A stretch of 64,000 nucleotides of DNA, from contig VRMN01000005.1 of assembly GCA_008690995.1 (NCBI GenBank), forward strand, positions 62,001-126,000, in the 5' to 3' direction. The translations under genes and the position numbers were made by a program. The notes below the pieces were generated by a model. That model saw only the letters and a list, made by a program, of their open reading frames with translations. It was not told the origin of the DNA and ran no database searches. This DNA is from Porphyridium purpureum (taxonomy: Eukaryota). How positions within the stretch are numbered: the stretch's first letter is position 1; each line of letters begins with the position of its first letter. Shown piece after piece: positions 32,301 to 42,614 of the stretch.

Positions 32301-32855
32301 CGCAGCGGTATGATTCGACGACAGACCAGGAGCGTCCACGGGCTCTGTATGATCTTGCCCATCCGGCTGCTTTGAGTCCAAGCTATCGCAGAATTCCAAA
32401 AGTTTCAAACCGAGAGAACTGGGTGTCTCCGCAAGTAACACAGCGGAATCCTTTGTGACGCCACCACCAGACTGCGATGACAAAAACCCTCGCGCGGCGC
32501 CATGGTCACTTCCGCTGCGCACCGACGTCCCCACTGCTTCCGCTCTGCGCGGCGCGCGCTGCGACGCCTCCGAGGACTCCGAGGACGACCCGTCCAGATC
32601 AATCACGTCCATAATCTTCGTCGCCTGCGCGCGCGCGAGTCCAGGCGGAGCATGCGCCGCCGCGTGCGCCAGCTCGCGCGACGCACGCGCGTTTGCATCG
32701 AGCAGCACGACCACCACCTGTTGTCCGTCCGGTGCGCGATCCAGATCACGCCGCACGGCGGCATGCTCATGCGAATACATACTGCGCCCTTCCACCTTGC
32801 GCATTGCTCCTCTACCGTAGTCTCCCTTCAACACACCCACATCATGCACATGCAT
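29337..32855 (-). CDS. Large low-complexity protein with C-terminal PWWP-like domain
   Basis: 1172-aa ORF with LVMAQLGTYCPWPGVIV...VLVRFLGTDDHSW and a coiled coil. The start could be 32855 or 32612. Confidence 0.75.
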   Translation of the reverse strand: MHVHDVGVLKGDYGRGAMRKVEGRSMYSHEHAAVRRDLDRAPDGQQVVVVLLDANARASRELAHAAAHAPPGLARAQATKIMDVIDLDGSSSESSEASQRAPRRAEAVGTSVRSGSDHGAARGFLSSQSGGGVTKDSAVLLAETPSSLGLKLLEFCDSLDSKQPDGQDHTEPVDAPGLSSNHTAALTNLHTKGSFVKSFTASVQSPVLENRIVERTGSGGERTRQTCARASATGSVARPDDVQVKSAVDTTRSTLLASDRSGDGEHIDEGESISTAERMTGKHPASLFDDEENDTDEAESRTTAECMTGEHPGRSEQDGDEQDSDEGESKTNTDAKTCTLTITRADCDRSNGIEAESRISTDVIESSRGEFGFGGEQGHPGEGQSAMTVDRISLTHAAAHFDGDENDVSKDADQAAVDTTREEHTPSSGDGECKTRISGDGRSGEAASDRAPAENTDLGQKGASMDVEETPMRAESDRPSEPNAAEELRDTGVDKEHEVSFEHARATVCGAEEHGQYLGLDASGCLDFGGEAELRLATAEAEAAAVPFDEVLESAYGHGSWYHEDEHESNAMALDGSAPSHQLEYVHESDIFGRGQLSVGQKGLPRIVLADEDQGHATQEPLRGRGEGSVEYPNACESSESSKSGANERVPDPGAGLDDGSGSSSSSSTEGARADDDTQGERDDSLAKTLLTRVLDSFHTVGERLEHVMEKLEHMERDFGRKLQTLQTDMRGLKAKVNDLAASASTPKGLKSRAQSSERNAAERSQVAGWKRGASMEDFPDNAEELVADSGPRITASGVVLRKSPRPSTLLAKSPGTSEKWSPGKRARTNASPATNYRSSLEGLLTQKSPSQKPSTAASQSGSKKRMADFGESDSSDHGKSSSETLGGAFTPSSRANGAGPSRAAGAVVDGQEPRLISWFTEVALEGDAPKKSNSATSSFNYEALGVRRKSLNSAERTLSSLGAPAGKAASQKVGAVRDALRGFAGFWTRRMDAYRIENGGKFVLPELVMAQLGTYCPWPGVIVQGEDEFVQLKDSVIGAHPAASRKDPDVKLYEDYVLVRFLGTDDHSWFTFTNSSKIWPYEEPTTEAQRKTPARGYGSSEYKAARNMADSILGDRRKAQRQHSQIMTDSVRSTSSADVAASDENHINYGEDPRSQPQRVEYESIEIIDHE

Positions 32856-33398
32856 CCACGCACCTCCATCATCTCTTCCCTTCTGCCCTCCTCTCCCTCT
32901 CTCTCCCTTTCAACCCTTCACCCCATCAACGCCGCAAGCCTAGTCCTTCGCCTCTTCATACACAAACACACCCGTTTTCATACTAACAACCTCTCCAAAC
33001 CCCCTTTTTTTCGTTTCATATCAAAATCGGACGCGCTCATGGTAACCATTAGTAGTAGTTAATTTTCTAGGAACTCGATTGAACGAGACAAGCCAAAAGT
33101 ACAGTTCCGTAGGGTGCAGTGAAGATTTACAGACGCTCTTATAAAAGTCGGGTGATTTTATTGAGGAGTGGGTTGATGTGATGAGAGGTACAGTCCAACA
33201 AGGAGAGAATAAGTTCAGTAGAAGGGGAAGAGTGTGTGTAGTGTACAGTGTGCGGGCATGATGCAATGAAGATGATGTTTGTGCAGAGTGGAAAAACGAG
33301 AGATGATCGTGGGGAATTGGGAAGAGGGGAAGAGGGAGTAGTAGTGGTGGCAAGGGGTGAAGAAGGGTGGGTTGGGTGGGGAAGAGGCGCAAGGTGGA

Positions 33399-35594
33399 AT
33401 GGAGGAGGAGCAGGGTATGACGCGATTGTGGAGGTGGCGCGGGCCGCAGCAGGATTGGACGGAGCGCAGGGATGGTGCGCGCGCGCCGGCGCTGCCGCAT
33501 GCCGGCGTGCGCGAGCATGCAGGCACCGCGCGCATCACCGAGCATGAGCTGCAGCGGCTGCGCCGCCTGGCTACAGGCAGTGCGGAACATGCACGTGCCG
33601 CGCCGCGCGCGGAAGGGGATGCTGCGCGTGGCGCCGCATTGGTGCCCTCGTTCGTCGTGGACTCACTCGGCGAATCAGAACTGTCAGATTTCGTGTCCCT
33701 CCTGCGCGATTTTCCAGGCGACGTGAGCCAGCTTGACGAAGCGCTCTCCGCTGGCCCATCCTACGCACATGTCGGTAGTGACCAGGTTTCTGTGTATCGT
33801 CTCGTAGGTGAAGAAGCGCAGGGACGGAATGGCCAAGATCCCCACCACCCAGGTGAAGGCCGGCATGATACTGAGCCGATGACAGATGTGCCAGATTACC
33901 CGCACCAGGCCTATCTTGATGATGGAGGCGAGGGTAACGAGGATGAAGACATGTTGCATGATAATAGTGTCGACGGAAACAGCGACAACGACAACCACGA
34001 CGACATCAACGATGATAACGACGACGACGACGACGACAACTTATATGACGAAGACTTCAACGAGACGTTGAACAACGACGACGCCGACGACAACGAGGAC
34101 GAAGCTGTCTACTCGGAGCACCATGTAGACCACGCGGTAGCGCTGGAATTGAGCTATCTAGACGTAGCGCGTGGTGAAGACGTGCAGGGTCTGCCGTGGC
34201 ACACGCTGTCCCAAACACGTGCCGAGTATCGCTCTGACCGGATAAGGCAATACAAGAACCACCAGAGCATTCTAACACCTAACGCGGAGCTCGATGAAGG
34301 TAACGAGCGCGCCGCACAGGCAATCAAGGAAAAGCAGTTTTACTTGTTTCACCGGAACACGCGGCGTGTCAAGTGCGACATCGTCCATTTCCAGTTGCGG
34401 AATCTGGTTTGGGCGACGAGCAAGCATGATGTGTACGTAACGTATCGCAGCCGTGTGATGCATTACGACGCTCTGCGTAGAATTCGATCGCTGGAGCTGA
34501 ATTTAACTGGTACACGAGCCGACAGCCCAGAAAACACCTATGAGGCCGCTGATCTCCGCGCGGCAGGCTTCCGCTCGAGCATGGCGTCTGGTGCTGCCGG
34601 TGCGGGTCGCATTCCACGCGACATTGATATTGATGATGGTGAGCGCGACGATGAGCAGCGGCAAGTGCTCCTCACGGACACGCTCCGAGCGCTTGCGCAT
34701 CGCGCTGCTTCAGACGAGGACTATGTGGGGCTGCCGAGAGATACCGGTTTGTCCGGTTCTTACCCCGGGCTCGAATTTGGCCGCACGTGTCCGCAGACTG
34801 ATGAATTGCGAGGCCGCCCAATACAAGTCTCGACGATGGTTGCGCGACATGACTTGCTCGCGGCGGGTGGCTTTTTTGGTGAGGTGGTCGTGAAAGACTT
34901 ACTCGGTGGACGCATTGTGTTTGAGTCGCGTATCACACACGACGAAAATGCCATCACAAACGCGCTCGAAGTGTTTCGCTGGCGCACAGGCGCGTTGCGG
35001 CTCATGGCATGCAGCAACGACTGTTCAGTGCGCATATTCGATGTTCCGACATTCAAGCTGCTGAACGAGTTCAAGTACGGCTGGGCGGTGAATCACGCCA
35101 CGCTCCGACCAGGCGGCGGCAAGATGATGTGTGTGGTAGGTGACGACATGAACGTCCTGCTCGCGGATGCGGACACCGGCGCAGTGCTTGAGCGCATTTC
35201 TGGGCACAAGGACTTTTCCTTTGCGTCCGATTGGCATCCGGATGGCAACCTTTTCGCGACAGGTAATCAAGATTGCACCACGCGCGTGTGGGACGTGCGG
35301 CACCTGTCGGCGCCGGTGCGTGTCATCAAGGCTCACTTGGGGCCCATGCGTTCGGTTCGTTTCTCGTCAGACGGCAAGCTTCTGGCGTGCGCCGAGCCTG
35401 CAGATTTTGTTCATATCTATGGCGTGTCTGGCGGAAAGCTGGACGAGGCCCAAGAGATCGACTTGTTCGGTGAGATGGCCGGCTTTAGCTTCAGCCCGCA
35501 CGGCGAGTCGCTGTTTGTGGGTATTTCGGATCGTACGTACAGCAGCCTTCTTGAGTATGAGCGAGTCGGCCTGCACTGTCGCCCTTGTGAATAG
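33399..35594 (+). CDS. WD40-repeat protein (DUF2415-like family conserved in plants and fungi)
   Basis: DVQGLPW, HFQLRNLVWATSKHDVY, GHKDFSFASDWHPDG..FATGNQD.T.RVWD, AEPADFVHIY, QEIDLFGE.AG.SFSP, plus an acidic N-terminal tract. Confidence 0.88.
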   Translation: MEEEQGMTRLWRWRGPQQDWTERRDGARAPALPHAGVREHAGTARITEHELQRLRRLATGSAEHARAAPRAEGDAARGAALVPSFVVDSLGESELSDFVSLLRDFPGDVSQLDEALSAGPSYAHVGSDQVSVYRLVGEEAQGRNGQDPHHPGEGRHDTEPMTDVPDYPHQAYLDDGGEGNEDEDMLHDNSVDGNSDNDNHDDINDDNDDDDDDNLYDEDFNETLNNDDADDNEDEAVYSEHHVDHAVALELSYLDVARGEDVQGLPWHTLSQTRAEYRSDRIRQYKNHQSILTPNAELDEGNERAAQAIKEKQFYLFHRNTRRVKCDIVHFQLRNLVWATSKHDVYVTYRSRVMHYDALRRIRSLELNLTGTRADSPENTYEAADLRAAGFRSSMASGAAGAGRIPRDIDIDDGERDDEQRQVLLTDTLRALAHRAASDEDYVGLPRDTGLSGSYPGLEFGRTCPQTDELRGRPIQVSTMVARHDLLAAGGFFGEVVVKDLLGGRIVFESRITHDENAITNALEVFRWRTGALRLMACSNDCSVRIFDVPTFKLLNEFKYGWAVNHATLRPGGGKMMCVVGDDMNVLLADADTGAVLERISGHKDFSFASDWHPDGNLFATGNQDCTTRVWDVRHLSAPVRVIKAHLGPMRSVRFSSDGKLLACAEPADFVHIYGVSGGKLDEAQEIDLFGEMAGFSFSPHGESLFVGISDRTYSSLLEYERVGLHCRPCE

Positions 35595-35762
35595 AACACC
35601 ATGTAAAATCAAAATGACGCACTGTCTCCAAAGCACACGCACGCACCCGTAATCGTACCGAGGCGTGAAATGGATCTCGCGCCACTTTCGGTTTACCGTC
35701 CTGTATCTGAAGGCAGTGGGTTGGTCCCGAGTTGGTGCCGAAGGAAAACACGTACAGATTGC

Positions 35763-36467
35763 ATGGCGTTTGTGACAGCTGCGGGCGCCGGTGCGGCCCT
35801 CCTTGGCGCCGAAACAACGGGAAAAAGAAAAACTGGGTGGGGCGTGCCCAACGTAGCGCACGCGCGAGTCGCGGCGGGGCGCGGCGTGCTGCCGCCGAGG
35901 CTAGAAACCCAACGCGCTAGCCTTGTGCGTGCAAAATGCTGGAGAAAGGATAGCAAAGAGGAGCGCTTCCTGCAGCTCGAACGCGAGCTCGAGGCCTGCG
36001 TGGAGAAGGAGGACTACAGCGCGGCCGCCAAGGTGCGCGACGAGCTGAACCAGCTGCGCACAGACGATGAGGTCGCGGTGCTCATGGCGAACCTTGCGTT
36101 TTACAAGGCCTTTGACCGACAGGATATGCTAGAGCTCGAGCGCGCGTGGCAGCGCTCCGAGCAGATTTCCGTAATTCATCCGTTCTCCTCTGAATGCATT
36201 TCTGGCTTTCGGGCGGTGATGAACTCTTGGGAAGAAATTCTGCGAGGCAGCATGATGACAAGACCCAGCGTGACTGTGTCAAACGTACAGATCTCGGTGC
36301 GTGGCTCGTCTGCCACGGTCACGTGTCTGGAAACTATTTCGGCGCGAGATGAGTCGGACCTGCGCGAGTCACTCGTCCTTGCGACAAATGTCTTTGCATT
36401 CACGAATGGGCAATGGTTTATGTGCCACCACCATGGTTCTCCAGTGCTCGCGTTCGCTCGCAAGTAA
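35763..36467 (+). CDS. Plastid-targeted UVR (UvrB/C coiled-coil) + SnoaL/NTF2-like protein
   Basis: MAFV transit peptide; L..CVEKEDYSAAAKVRDEL; ANLAFYKAF...W....SVIHP....G..AV..SW..I; ATNVF...NGQW...HHHGSP. Confidence 0.85.
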   Translation: MAFVTAAGAGAALLGAETTGKRKTGWGVPNVAHARVAAGRGVLPPRLETQRASLVRAKCWRKDSKEERFLQLERELEACVEKEDYSAAAKVRDELNQLRTDDEVAVLMANLAFYKAFDRQDMLELERAWQRSEQISVIHPFSSECISGFRAVMNSWEEILRGSMMTRPSVTVSNVQISVRGSSATVTCLETISARDESDLRESLVLATNVFAFTNGQWFMCHHHGSPVLAFARK

Positions 36468-36683
36468 GTAGTACATTTTATAAACAAAGGAAGGGCGGCG
36501 CAAGCTGTGCATTACTTCAGAAGGCTACCCGGGCCGCACTTACGAGCCAAACACGTCCGAAACGCTGCTTGTTTCGAGAAAATTCAAAAAGGTGCAGGTT
36601 TGTGGCTGGCGCATAGACATTCTCCTGACTTTAAAACTTGCTGGACCGCCCTTCCGCGTGAAAATCAGACAGAAGCTAGCTTG

Positions 36684-37199
36684 CTAAATGTCGACGACAA
36701 ATTCAACGTGCCACGCTGGCGTGTCGCCATTTGTGCGGTAGATTTCCATTTCGTTAAAGGTGATAGCCTTAATTTCGCAGCCGGCCGGGTGTTTCTTGCT
36801 GTCCCACTTTTCACCGTACAGGACGGCACGCACTGAGAACGCCTGACTTCCCTCTTGGCCGTCCGGCTCGTGATCTGCACAGCGGAAATCCGTGAGCACG
36901 ATCTGGCGCACCACCAAAAGCTCTGTCGAGAAGATAAAGAGGCACTCATCCAGAAAGCTGAACAGGAGACTCTGCGCGTCATGGCCATGTACGTGCACGA
37001 CGACTGGCTTGATGTGCGCATCGACGCGCACGCAGTCCAGCTCGGTCAAGTAGCCAAACATCCCCACAGCGCCCGCGCAGAACGCGTACCCCAGCGAGTC
37101 TCCCCACGCATGAATCTTCACGTCTGCCGTGTGCGACAAGTACTCATGCTGTCCTCGCGACGCATCATAGATCAACTGCTCAAACCCATCATCACCCAT
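36684..37199 (-). CDS. Archease (RtcB tRNA-ligase cofactor)
   Basis: EYLSHTADVKIHAWG, LLFSFLDECLF, GE.WD..KHP.GCEIKAIT, and C-terminal VVDI. Confidence 0.95.
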   Translation of the reverse strand: MGDDGFEQLIYDASRGQHEYLSHTADVKIHAWGDSLGYAFCAGAVGMFGYLTELDCVRVDAHIKPVVVHVHGHDAQSLLFSFLDECLFIFSTELLVVRQIVLTDFRCADHEPDGQEGSQAFSVRAVLYGEKWDSKKHPAGCEIKAITFNEMEIYRTNGDTPAWHVEFVVDI

Positions 37200-37926
37200 C
37201 GTCTCTCACCCGCTTTCTCTTCCCGTCTCCCTCTCTCCCCTCTCTCCCTCGGCAGCGTCCCAGTCAAAGTACAGCTCGCTATCGCGCATACTGTACAAAT
37301 TCGCTGTACCTTATCCACTGTACTCGTGTCTGAATCGACTATGTTTTCCTATGGAGCGACGCGCCACACAAAACACAGTAAAGGGAGTCACTTTACTAAG
37401 ACTCACAGAACACAGCCCGAACGCGCGTGCGCGTGTCGAAGACGTTTGTTGTGGCGCAAGGAGGAAGAAGTAAGAGAGGAGGACGAGGGAAAGGAAAGTG
37501 GGCGGCGTTGTGTTGTTGCTCTTGGTGGTGGTGGTGGTGGTAGTGGTGAGGGGTTTGAGTGACATATGGTGGTGCGTGGAACGTGAGTGCGAGAGTCGGA
37601 GCGAGCGACGCAGCAGCGCGACGTGCAAGCGGGCCGCAACCGCACGTTGACCCGCGCGCTTGGCTGGCGGCGTGCCTCGCGGGCTTCGCTTCCCTCGGAT
37701 CCTTATTGCGCGCGTGGATCTTGCCCGCTCCCTGCGGAATCTGGAGGCGTCCTGCTTTGCTTGATCATTTCTTGCAACGGCGGTGTTGCTTAATTTCCGT
37801 CTTCCTGCACTCCTTGGTCTGGCCGCCTCGCTGGGTTGAAACGTGCGTAGACAGAGACGGCCGGACGGGCGCTTCTCTTTTTCGGGTTTCGTAAACGTGC
37901 TGTAGTGCAGTGCGCTTGGGTTTGTC

Positions 37927-40314
37927 ATGCAGAATAATAACGTAGCCGCACCGGCATCTGGTATGGGCGCAGGGAATGGCGTGGCAGCGCTCAATCGGCT
38001 TCGCCACGAGCGAATGACCTTCTTGATTTCGTGCTTGGTGGGTTGTATTGTTGATATTGAGGTTCTCAGCGGGTGCGCTTTTCGCGGCGTGCTGCACACG
38101 GCATCTCTCCAAAATACAGATCTCGGCGTCGTGTTGAGAAACGCCGTCAAGATAAAGCCCGTAGACGAAGGCACGCCGGGCGAAAAACTGACTTACTATC
38201 CCGTGCTGGTTATCGAAGGCAAAAATTTCGTATCGCTGCGTGCGGTAGACGTGTCACTAGACGGACACATTTACAAAAGCCGAGGCACACTGCCGGAGGA
38301 AGCGTCGCCGTCGTCGCCCGTGCCGGAAAGGGCGAATGGAGAGAAATTTGCCACAGATACTCAAATCAGCGCGAAAAGAATCGGCGTCGCCGGCCGTAAG
38401 CTGGAGAAGTTTGATCATTTTGAAGGCGCGCCGGGCTCGGATGCGGCACGCAGTATCCCAGCAGATGTAGGTGGTAGTCTCGATGATGACCCACGCGGCA
38501 AAAATGGTATCGTGTGGGACCAGTTTGCCGAAAATGAGCGGCGATTTGGAGTCAAGACAGACTTCAAGGAAGAATTATATACTACAAAGCTCGACCGCAC
38601 GGCTCAGGACTTCAAGGAGCGTGAAGCGATGGCCAGAAAACTCGCGTCTGAAATTGAAGGAAAAACCTCCAAGAATATTCACGTTATGGAGGAGCGCGGT
38701 CAGGCACTCGGCAAAGACTATGACGAGGAGGCTCTCTATGGAGCCGTCATTCGTGACGGCACCGACAAGCCAAAAAAGGTTGCCGCCCCAGCTACATCAG
38801 CGGCGCAAAGTGGTGAAGCCGAAAAGCCCGCCGCGGAATCAGCAGTATCGACTTTGCCAGAAGCGGCAGCCACGAAAGGAAACAATCGAGGAAAAGATGT
38901 CAACGCAAACTCGCAAGGTGGTGCCGCAGCGAAGACTTCCAGTCCCAAGAGTCCAGGCGCGGCGACGAAAAGAGCCGACTCGACCTCTACAGCGACTCTA
39001 TCTGGATCGCCTCCGAAGGTGGCCGCCGTTCCGACATCCGCCGCGGAGTCCGTGGTTGTGACCAAGGCTACGGGCCCTCCTGCCGCGAACGCAAGACCGG
39101 CGGAGCCCAGTGCCCCATTCGCCGCGACGGGGACAAGCGCAGCTTCGTCTGTTGGGCCAGGCGAATCTGCAAGCAACACTGCGAAGTCGCAGACACCATC
39201 CAGTGCCATGCCTGCAGATTCCGTGCCAGATGCGAGTGCGCCTACCGCTCGTATGGAAGGCCTGACCGTCACAAACGCCGCAGCTTCTGCGTCCAAGTCG
39301 CAAGTCTCGGGGCAAGAGCCCGCCGCAGACAAGCCGAAAGCAGTTGAGGCGCCAGAAACAGGAAAAGGAACCGCACCAGCGCCTGCATCCGTAGCGACGT
39401 CCGCGAGGGCTGCTTCCGAATCTACAGGAAGCGGCACCACCAAGGAGGGAACGGTGGCCAGCAAACCAAAGACCAAGTTGAATGTGAACGCGAAGGAGTT
39501 CAAGCTAAATGTCAACGCCACTGAATTTAAGCCCACATTTGCAACGGCACCCGCAGCGAACTTGACGCCAGTGTTGGCTCCAATGCAAATGCCTGAGGGC
39601 CCCGTCTATGAAGAAGCACAAGAGTATATGCAGCAAATGCAGGCGATGAATGGGTATGGCATGCCAATGATGACGCCGCAACAATACGCATCAGCGATGC
39701 GCAACATGCCACCGGGCGCAGCCATGATGATGCCGAATGCTGCATTCGTCGGGCGCGGAGGCATGATGCCGATGCCCGCGGGTCCCTTTCCTCCAGGCGC
39801 GGGACCGCAGCGCTTCCCGCCCGTGTCTATGCCAGGCGGTTTCCTACCAGGCTACCCGATGCGCATGCCGCCGCAGATGATGCATGGGCAGAATCCAGCC
39901 ATGATGAACGCGTATTACAATGCGCAGATGATGGGCGGCGGTGGTGGCATGTATCCGGGAGCCTACGGCGACGGGTCAGGCATGCCCATGGACGCAGGCA
40001 TGGGCATGCAGCAATCTATGCACCAGTCGCCTATGCACGGGCCAGGCGTGCCCCCGAGCCAGGGCATGGGCCTTCCTGGACACGCGCCGCCATCTTACGG
40101 TGGCCCAGGTGGCCGTGGTGGGTATGTTTCACGCGGCGGTCCTGGAGGAGGCGGGCGAGGCGGCAACCAGGGCTTTCAAGGTGGACGAGGAGGAGGCCCG
40201 CCGGCGGCTCGTGGCGGCGCGCCGTTTCAGCAACACCCACAAGGCGTGCCGAATCAGGGTTATCCAGCAGGTCCTGGCGCGCCGACCGACGAGCAAAGAC
40301 CCGGGACCTCCTAA
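37927..40314 (+). CDS. Ataxin-2/Pbp1/CID-family protein
   Basis: Lsm domain, FATDTQIS, LsmAD (WDQFAENERRFGVKTDF.EELYTTKLD), tandem PAM2 (KLNVNAKEFKLNVNATEFKP) and an M/P/G-rich tail with RGG. Confidence 0.93.
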   Translation: MQNNNVAAPASGMGAGNGVAALNRLRHERMTFLISCLVGCIVDIEVLSGCAFRGVLHTASLQNTDLGVVLRNAVKIKPVDEGTPGEKLTYYPVLVIEGKNFVSLRAVDVSLDGHIYKSRGTLPEEASPSSPVPERANGEKFATDTQISAKRIGVAGRKLEKFDHFEGAPGSDAARSIPADVGGSLDDDPRGKNGIVWDQFAENERRFGVKTDFKEELYTTKLDRTAQDFKEREAMARKLASEIEGKTSKNIHVMEERGQALGKDYDEEALYGAVIRDGTDKPKKVAAPATSAAQSGEAEKPAAESAVSTLPEAAATKGNNRGKDVNANSQGGAAAKTSSPKSPGAATKRADSTSTATLSGSPPKVAAVPTSAAESVVVTKATGPPAANARPAEPSAPFAATGTSAASSVGPGESASNTAKSQTPSSAMPADSVPDASAPTARMEGLTVTNAAASASKSQVSGQEPAADKPKAVEAPETGKGTAPAPASVATSARAASESTGSGTTKEGTVASKPKTKLNVNAKEFKLNVNATEFKPTFATAPAANLTPVLAPMQMPEGPVYEEAQEYMQQMQAMNGYGMPMMTPQQYASAMRNMPPGAAMMMPNAAFVGRGGMMPMPAGPFPPGAGPQRFPPVSMPGGFLPGYPMRMPPQMMHGQNPAMMNAYYNAQMMGGGGGMYPGAYGDGSGMPMDAGMGMQQSMHQSPMHGPGVPPSQGMGLPGHAPPSYGGPGGRGGYVSRGGPGGGGRGGNQGFQGGRGGGPPAARGGAPFQQHPQGVPNQGYPAGPGAPTDEQRPGTS

Positions 40315-40535
40315 CTTGCGCGCGGTTCAGTAAACGCTATGTGTGTACAGTGGAAGCGCACGTCGAGGTACAGTTTAGACGCCGCGCGTGCGTTCGTGGG
40401 TTTCGAGGCGTGAACAGAAGAAGTTGTCACGGAGAGAGAGAGACGAAGGGAAACACAGCGGGCAATGCCACGCGGAAGACGGCCCCGCCGGAAACACACC
40501 AGAGGCGCTCTGTGGGTACGCGCGACCTGATTGCC

Positions 40536-42341
40536 ATGGCCCTCCTCCTCGCGGCATCGGCGGCGCCCGCGCCCGACGACACTGGCGATCTGGTCGTGTT
40601 TACGTACGCCAATGACGGCGGGACGTGGGCGTGCTTGACGGGCTCGGCGCCAGCTACTCTTACGTCGGATATAGAGCCGTCACAACGTGTGGTGGAGTTG
40701 GTTTCCTCCGATGGGACACGGATCGACGGCGTATGCGCTGCTGTGCACCGATCTGGGCCGAGCGCGGACAATAGCCCGGATACAAGTTCCGCGTGGATCG
40801 CGTACGCCTCGCGGGCAAAAGAGGTGGTTCTGGTGAACGTCAAGATCCTCGCATCTGAAGCGGCACATGCTTCGAAAGCCATATCGGTGAAGCAAGTCTG
40901 GGCAGTGTAAGTTAATCGCGTCGCACAGGCGCTTATTGTTGGATGTCTGTTTTCGTCCTTTCCTTTGATTTTCACAACCAAAGGAAAGGAAGGCAGATGA
41001 GGTGAGAAAGATTGGAGCCGAGAGTTGATCGTCGGGTCCTATGTCGAATGGTTCAGTGTGATGAACGGTGTATTCTTATATTCGGACTAGAGTTTCTGAA
41101 TTCTCATGTTGAAATAAGATTCCCTTGGCTGTCTGATACGGTGCCATCGAAGCTGCTGCATTTCATCTGTATATATTGCGAAGGCCGTGGGTCTGCAACT
41201 AATCTCGAAGCCACAGCACTGGATGGAGTACTGACTCGCAGACAATGTTCCACTTCTTGTTCTTGCTCTTCTTTTGTGTTTTGTGTTTGTGTGTCTGCGG
41301 TTTGGCTACAGAGAATGTCCGAAAAGACCATCCTGCATCCTTTTTTCGCCCGATGGGCTCCGCGTGATTTGGTCTGATTTCTTCGGGGACATCTACTGGA
41401 ATCCTGTGGAAAGTGAGCCCAAGGTCCACGGAACGAATGGAAAGGACGAGGCGCCCGTACGGTTCTCCTTCCGAGACGATCAGGACGGCGCCTTTGCAAA
41501 AGCCGGCTTGAAGCGCGGGCTTATCGGGGGCCATTTTGCCGCGGTCTTCGGAATCGACGCTGTTGCCGTGCCTGGCAGAACAAGTGGTGACCCGGGATCG
41601 TCGGCACTTTTTGCGAGTTGTGATCGCGAGCGTGTAGTGCGTATCGCGCGGCTGCCGGATATTCATATTATCGAATCATTTTGTCTTGGACACACTGATC
41701 TCGTACTCACCGCTCGCTTTGTTTCCGACCAGGTTCTTGCCACGGCCGGTGCGGATGGCACAGTTCGACTGTGGAGGGCTTTGAGTGGGGAGCTACTTGA
41801 CACTTGGTCACCTCAGATAACGTCAGCAGAACAAGATGATACCATCATCTCTAATCTTCAGTACTTGCCGGAATACGATATTCTCGTTGCTATGAGTTTC
41901 AATCGCGCGCACCTCTTCTTCTTTGAAAGTGTTTCTCGCGAGTGCGTTCTTTCGAATGCAAGCACTTATGCACTGGGACATGATTCAAGCGCGTGCTTTC
42001 CTCAGAGTATGGCTGTATGCGGAATGAGTCACTTGTTTGTGTCATTTGACAGCCTCCCCTCCATCAAGAAATTGTCTGTTGTGAGGGAGGCATCCGGGTG
42101 GAAGATCGACGCCCATCCCTTCCTAGATATTCCGGAGCCAGCCAAGCTCGCTGCGCTGGCGACTCCTAAGACTGCGGCTACGGCCGGTTCACCAGCCAGT
42201 GATTTGAAAACTGAAGGAAGCGACAAGGAGGCGGTGGCATTCTGGCCCCGTGAATTTTTGCACATGATGCGGAAGAAAGAGGGCGATCCGGAATGGAAAG
42301 GGAAAAAGGCTCGGCCCAAAGCTAACAAGAGCGTTGGTTGA
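40536..42341 (+). CDS. TRM82: WDR4/Trm82, non-catalytic subunit of tRNA m7G46 methyltransferase; intron 40907-41311
   Basis: PKRPS.I.F...SDFFGDIY, IGGH, SCDRERVVRI.R.P...IIESFCLGH. A GTAAGT...CTACAG intron (branch TACTGAC) joins the two ORFs in frame. Confidence 0.87.
41053..41140 (+). ncRNA. Intronic double-guide box C/D snoRNA (U52/snR78-like + U53-like guides)
   Basis: C box GTGATGA 41058-64, D' CTGA 41096-99, C' ATGTTGA 41106-12, D CTGA 41133-36. The guides TCGGACTAGAGT and TTCCCTTGGCTGT are complementary to the conserved LSU rRNA tracts ACUCUAGUCCGA and ACAGCCAAGGGAA (recalled from memory). Confidence 0.9.
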
Positions 42342-42614
42342 GCCAGGTGTCAGCGACGCTTTGGCGCGATAATACTTATGAATCTAGGAGCGAATGGGTC
42401 CGAAACTAATTGCCTGCAATCAGATCCTTCAAGTTGCCGGGCTTTTGAACTTGCGCGTCGCGCGTCGCCGCGTATTACCCCGTACGAAATGGTTGAGCAT
42501 CTCTCCGCGATGTATGTCTGAAGTACGCCACTGACGCATTCAATTCCGAAGCGCATAAGATAGCTCGACATGGCATGTCTTGAAGCACTACCACGATCGA
42601 GCGCTTCTCTTCCA

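Noticed and set aside
41201..41260. Possible H/ACA hairpin (CTGC/GCAG + ACA) late in the WDR4 intron
   Set aside because: Weak stem, no H box, and it overlaps the likely branch point TACTGAC.
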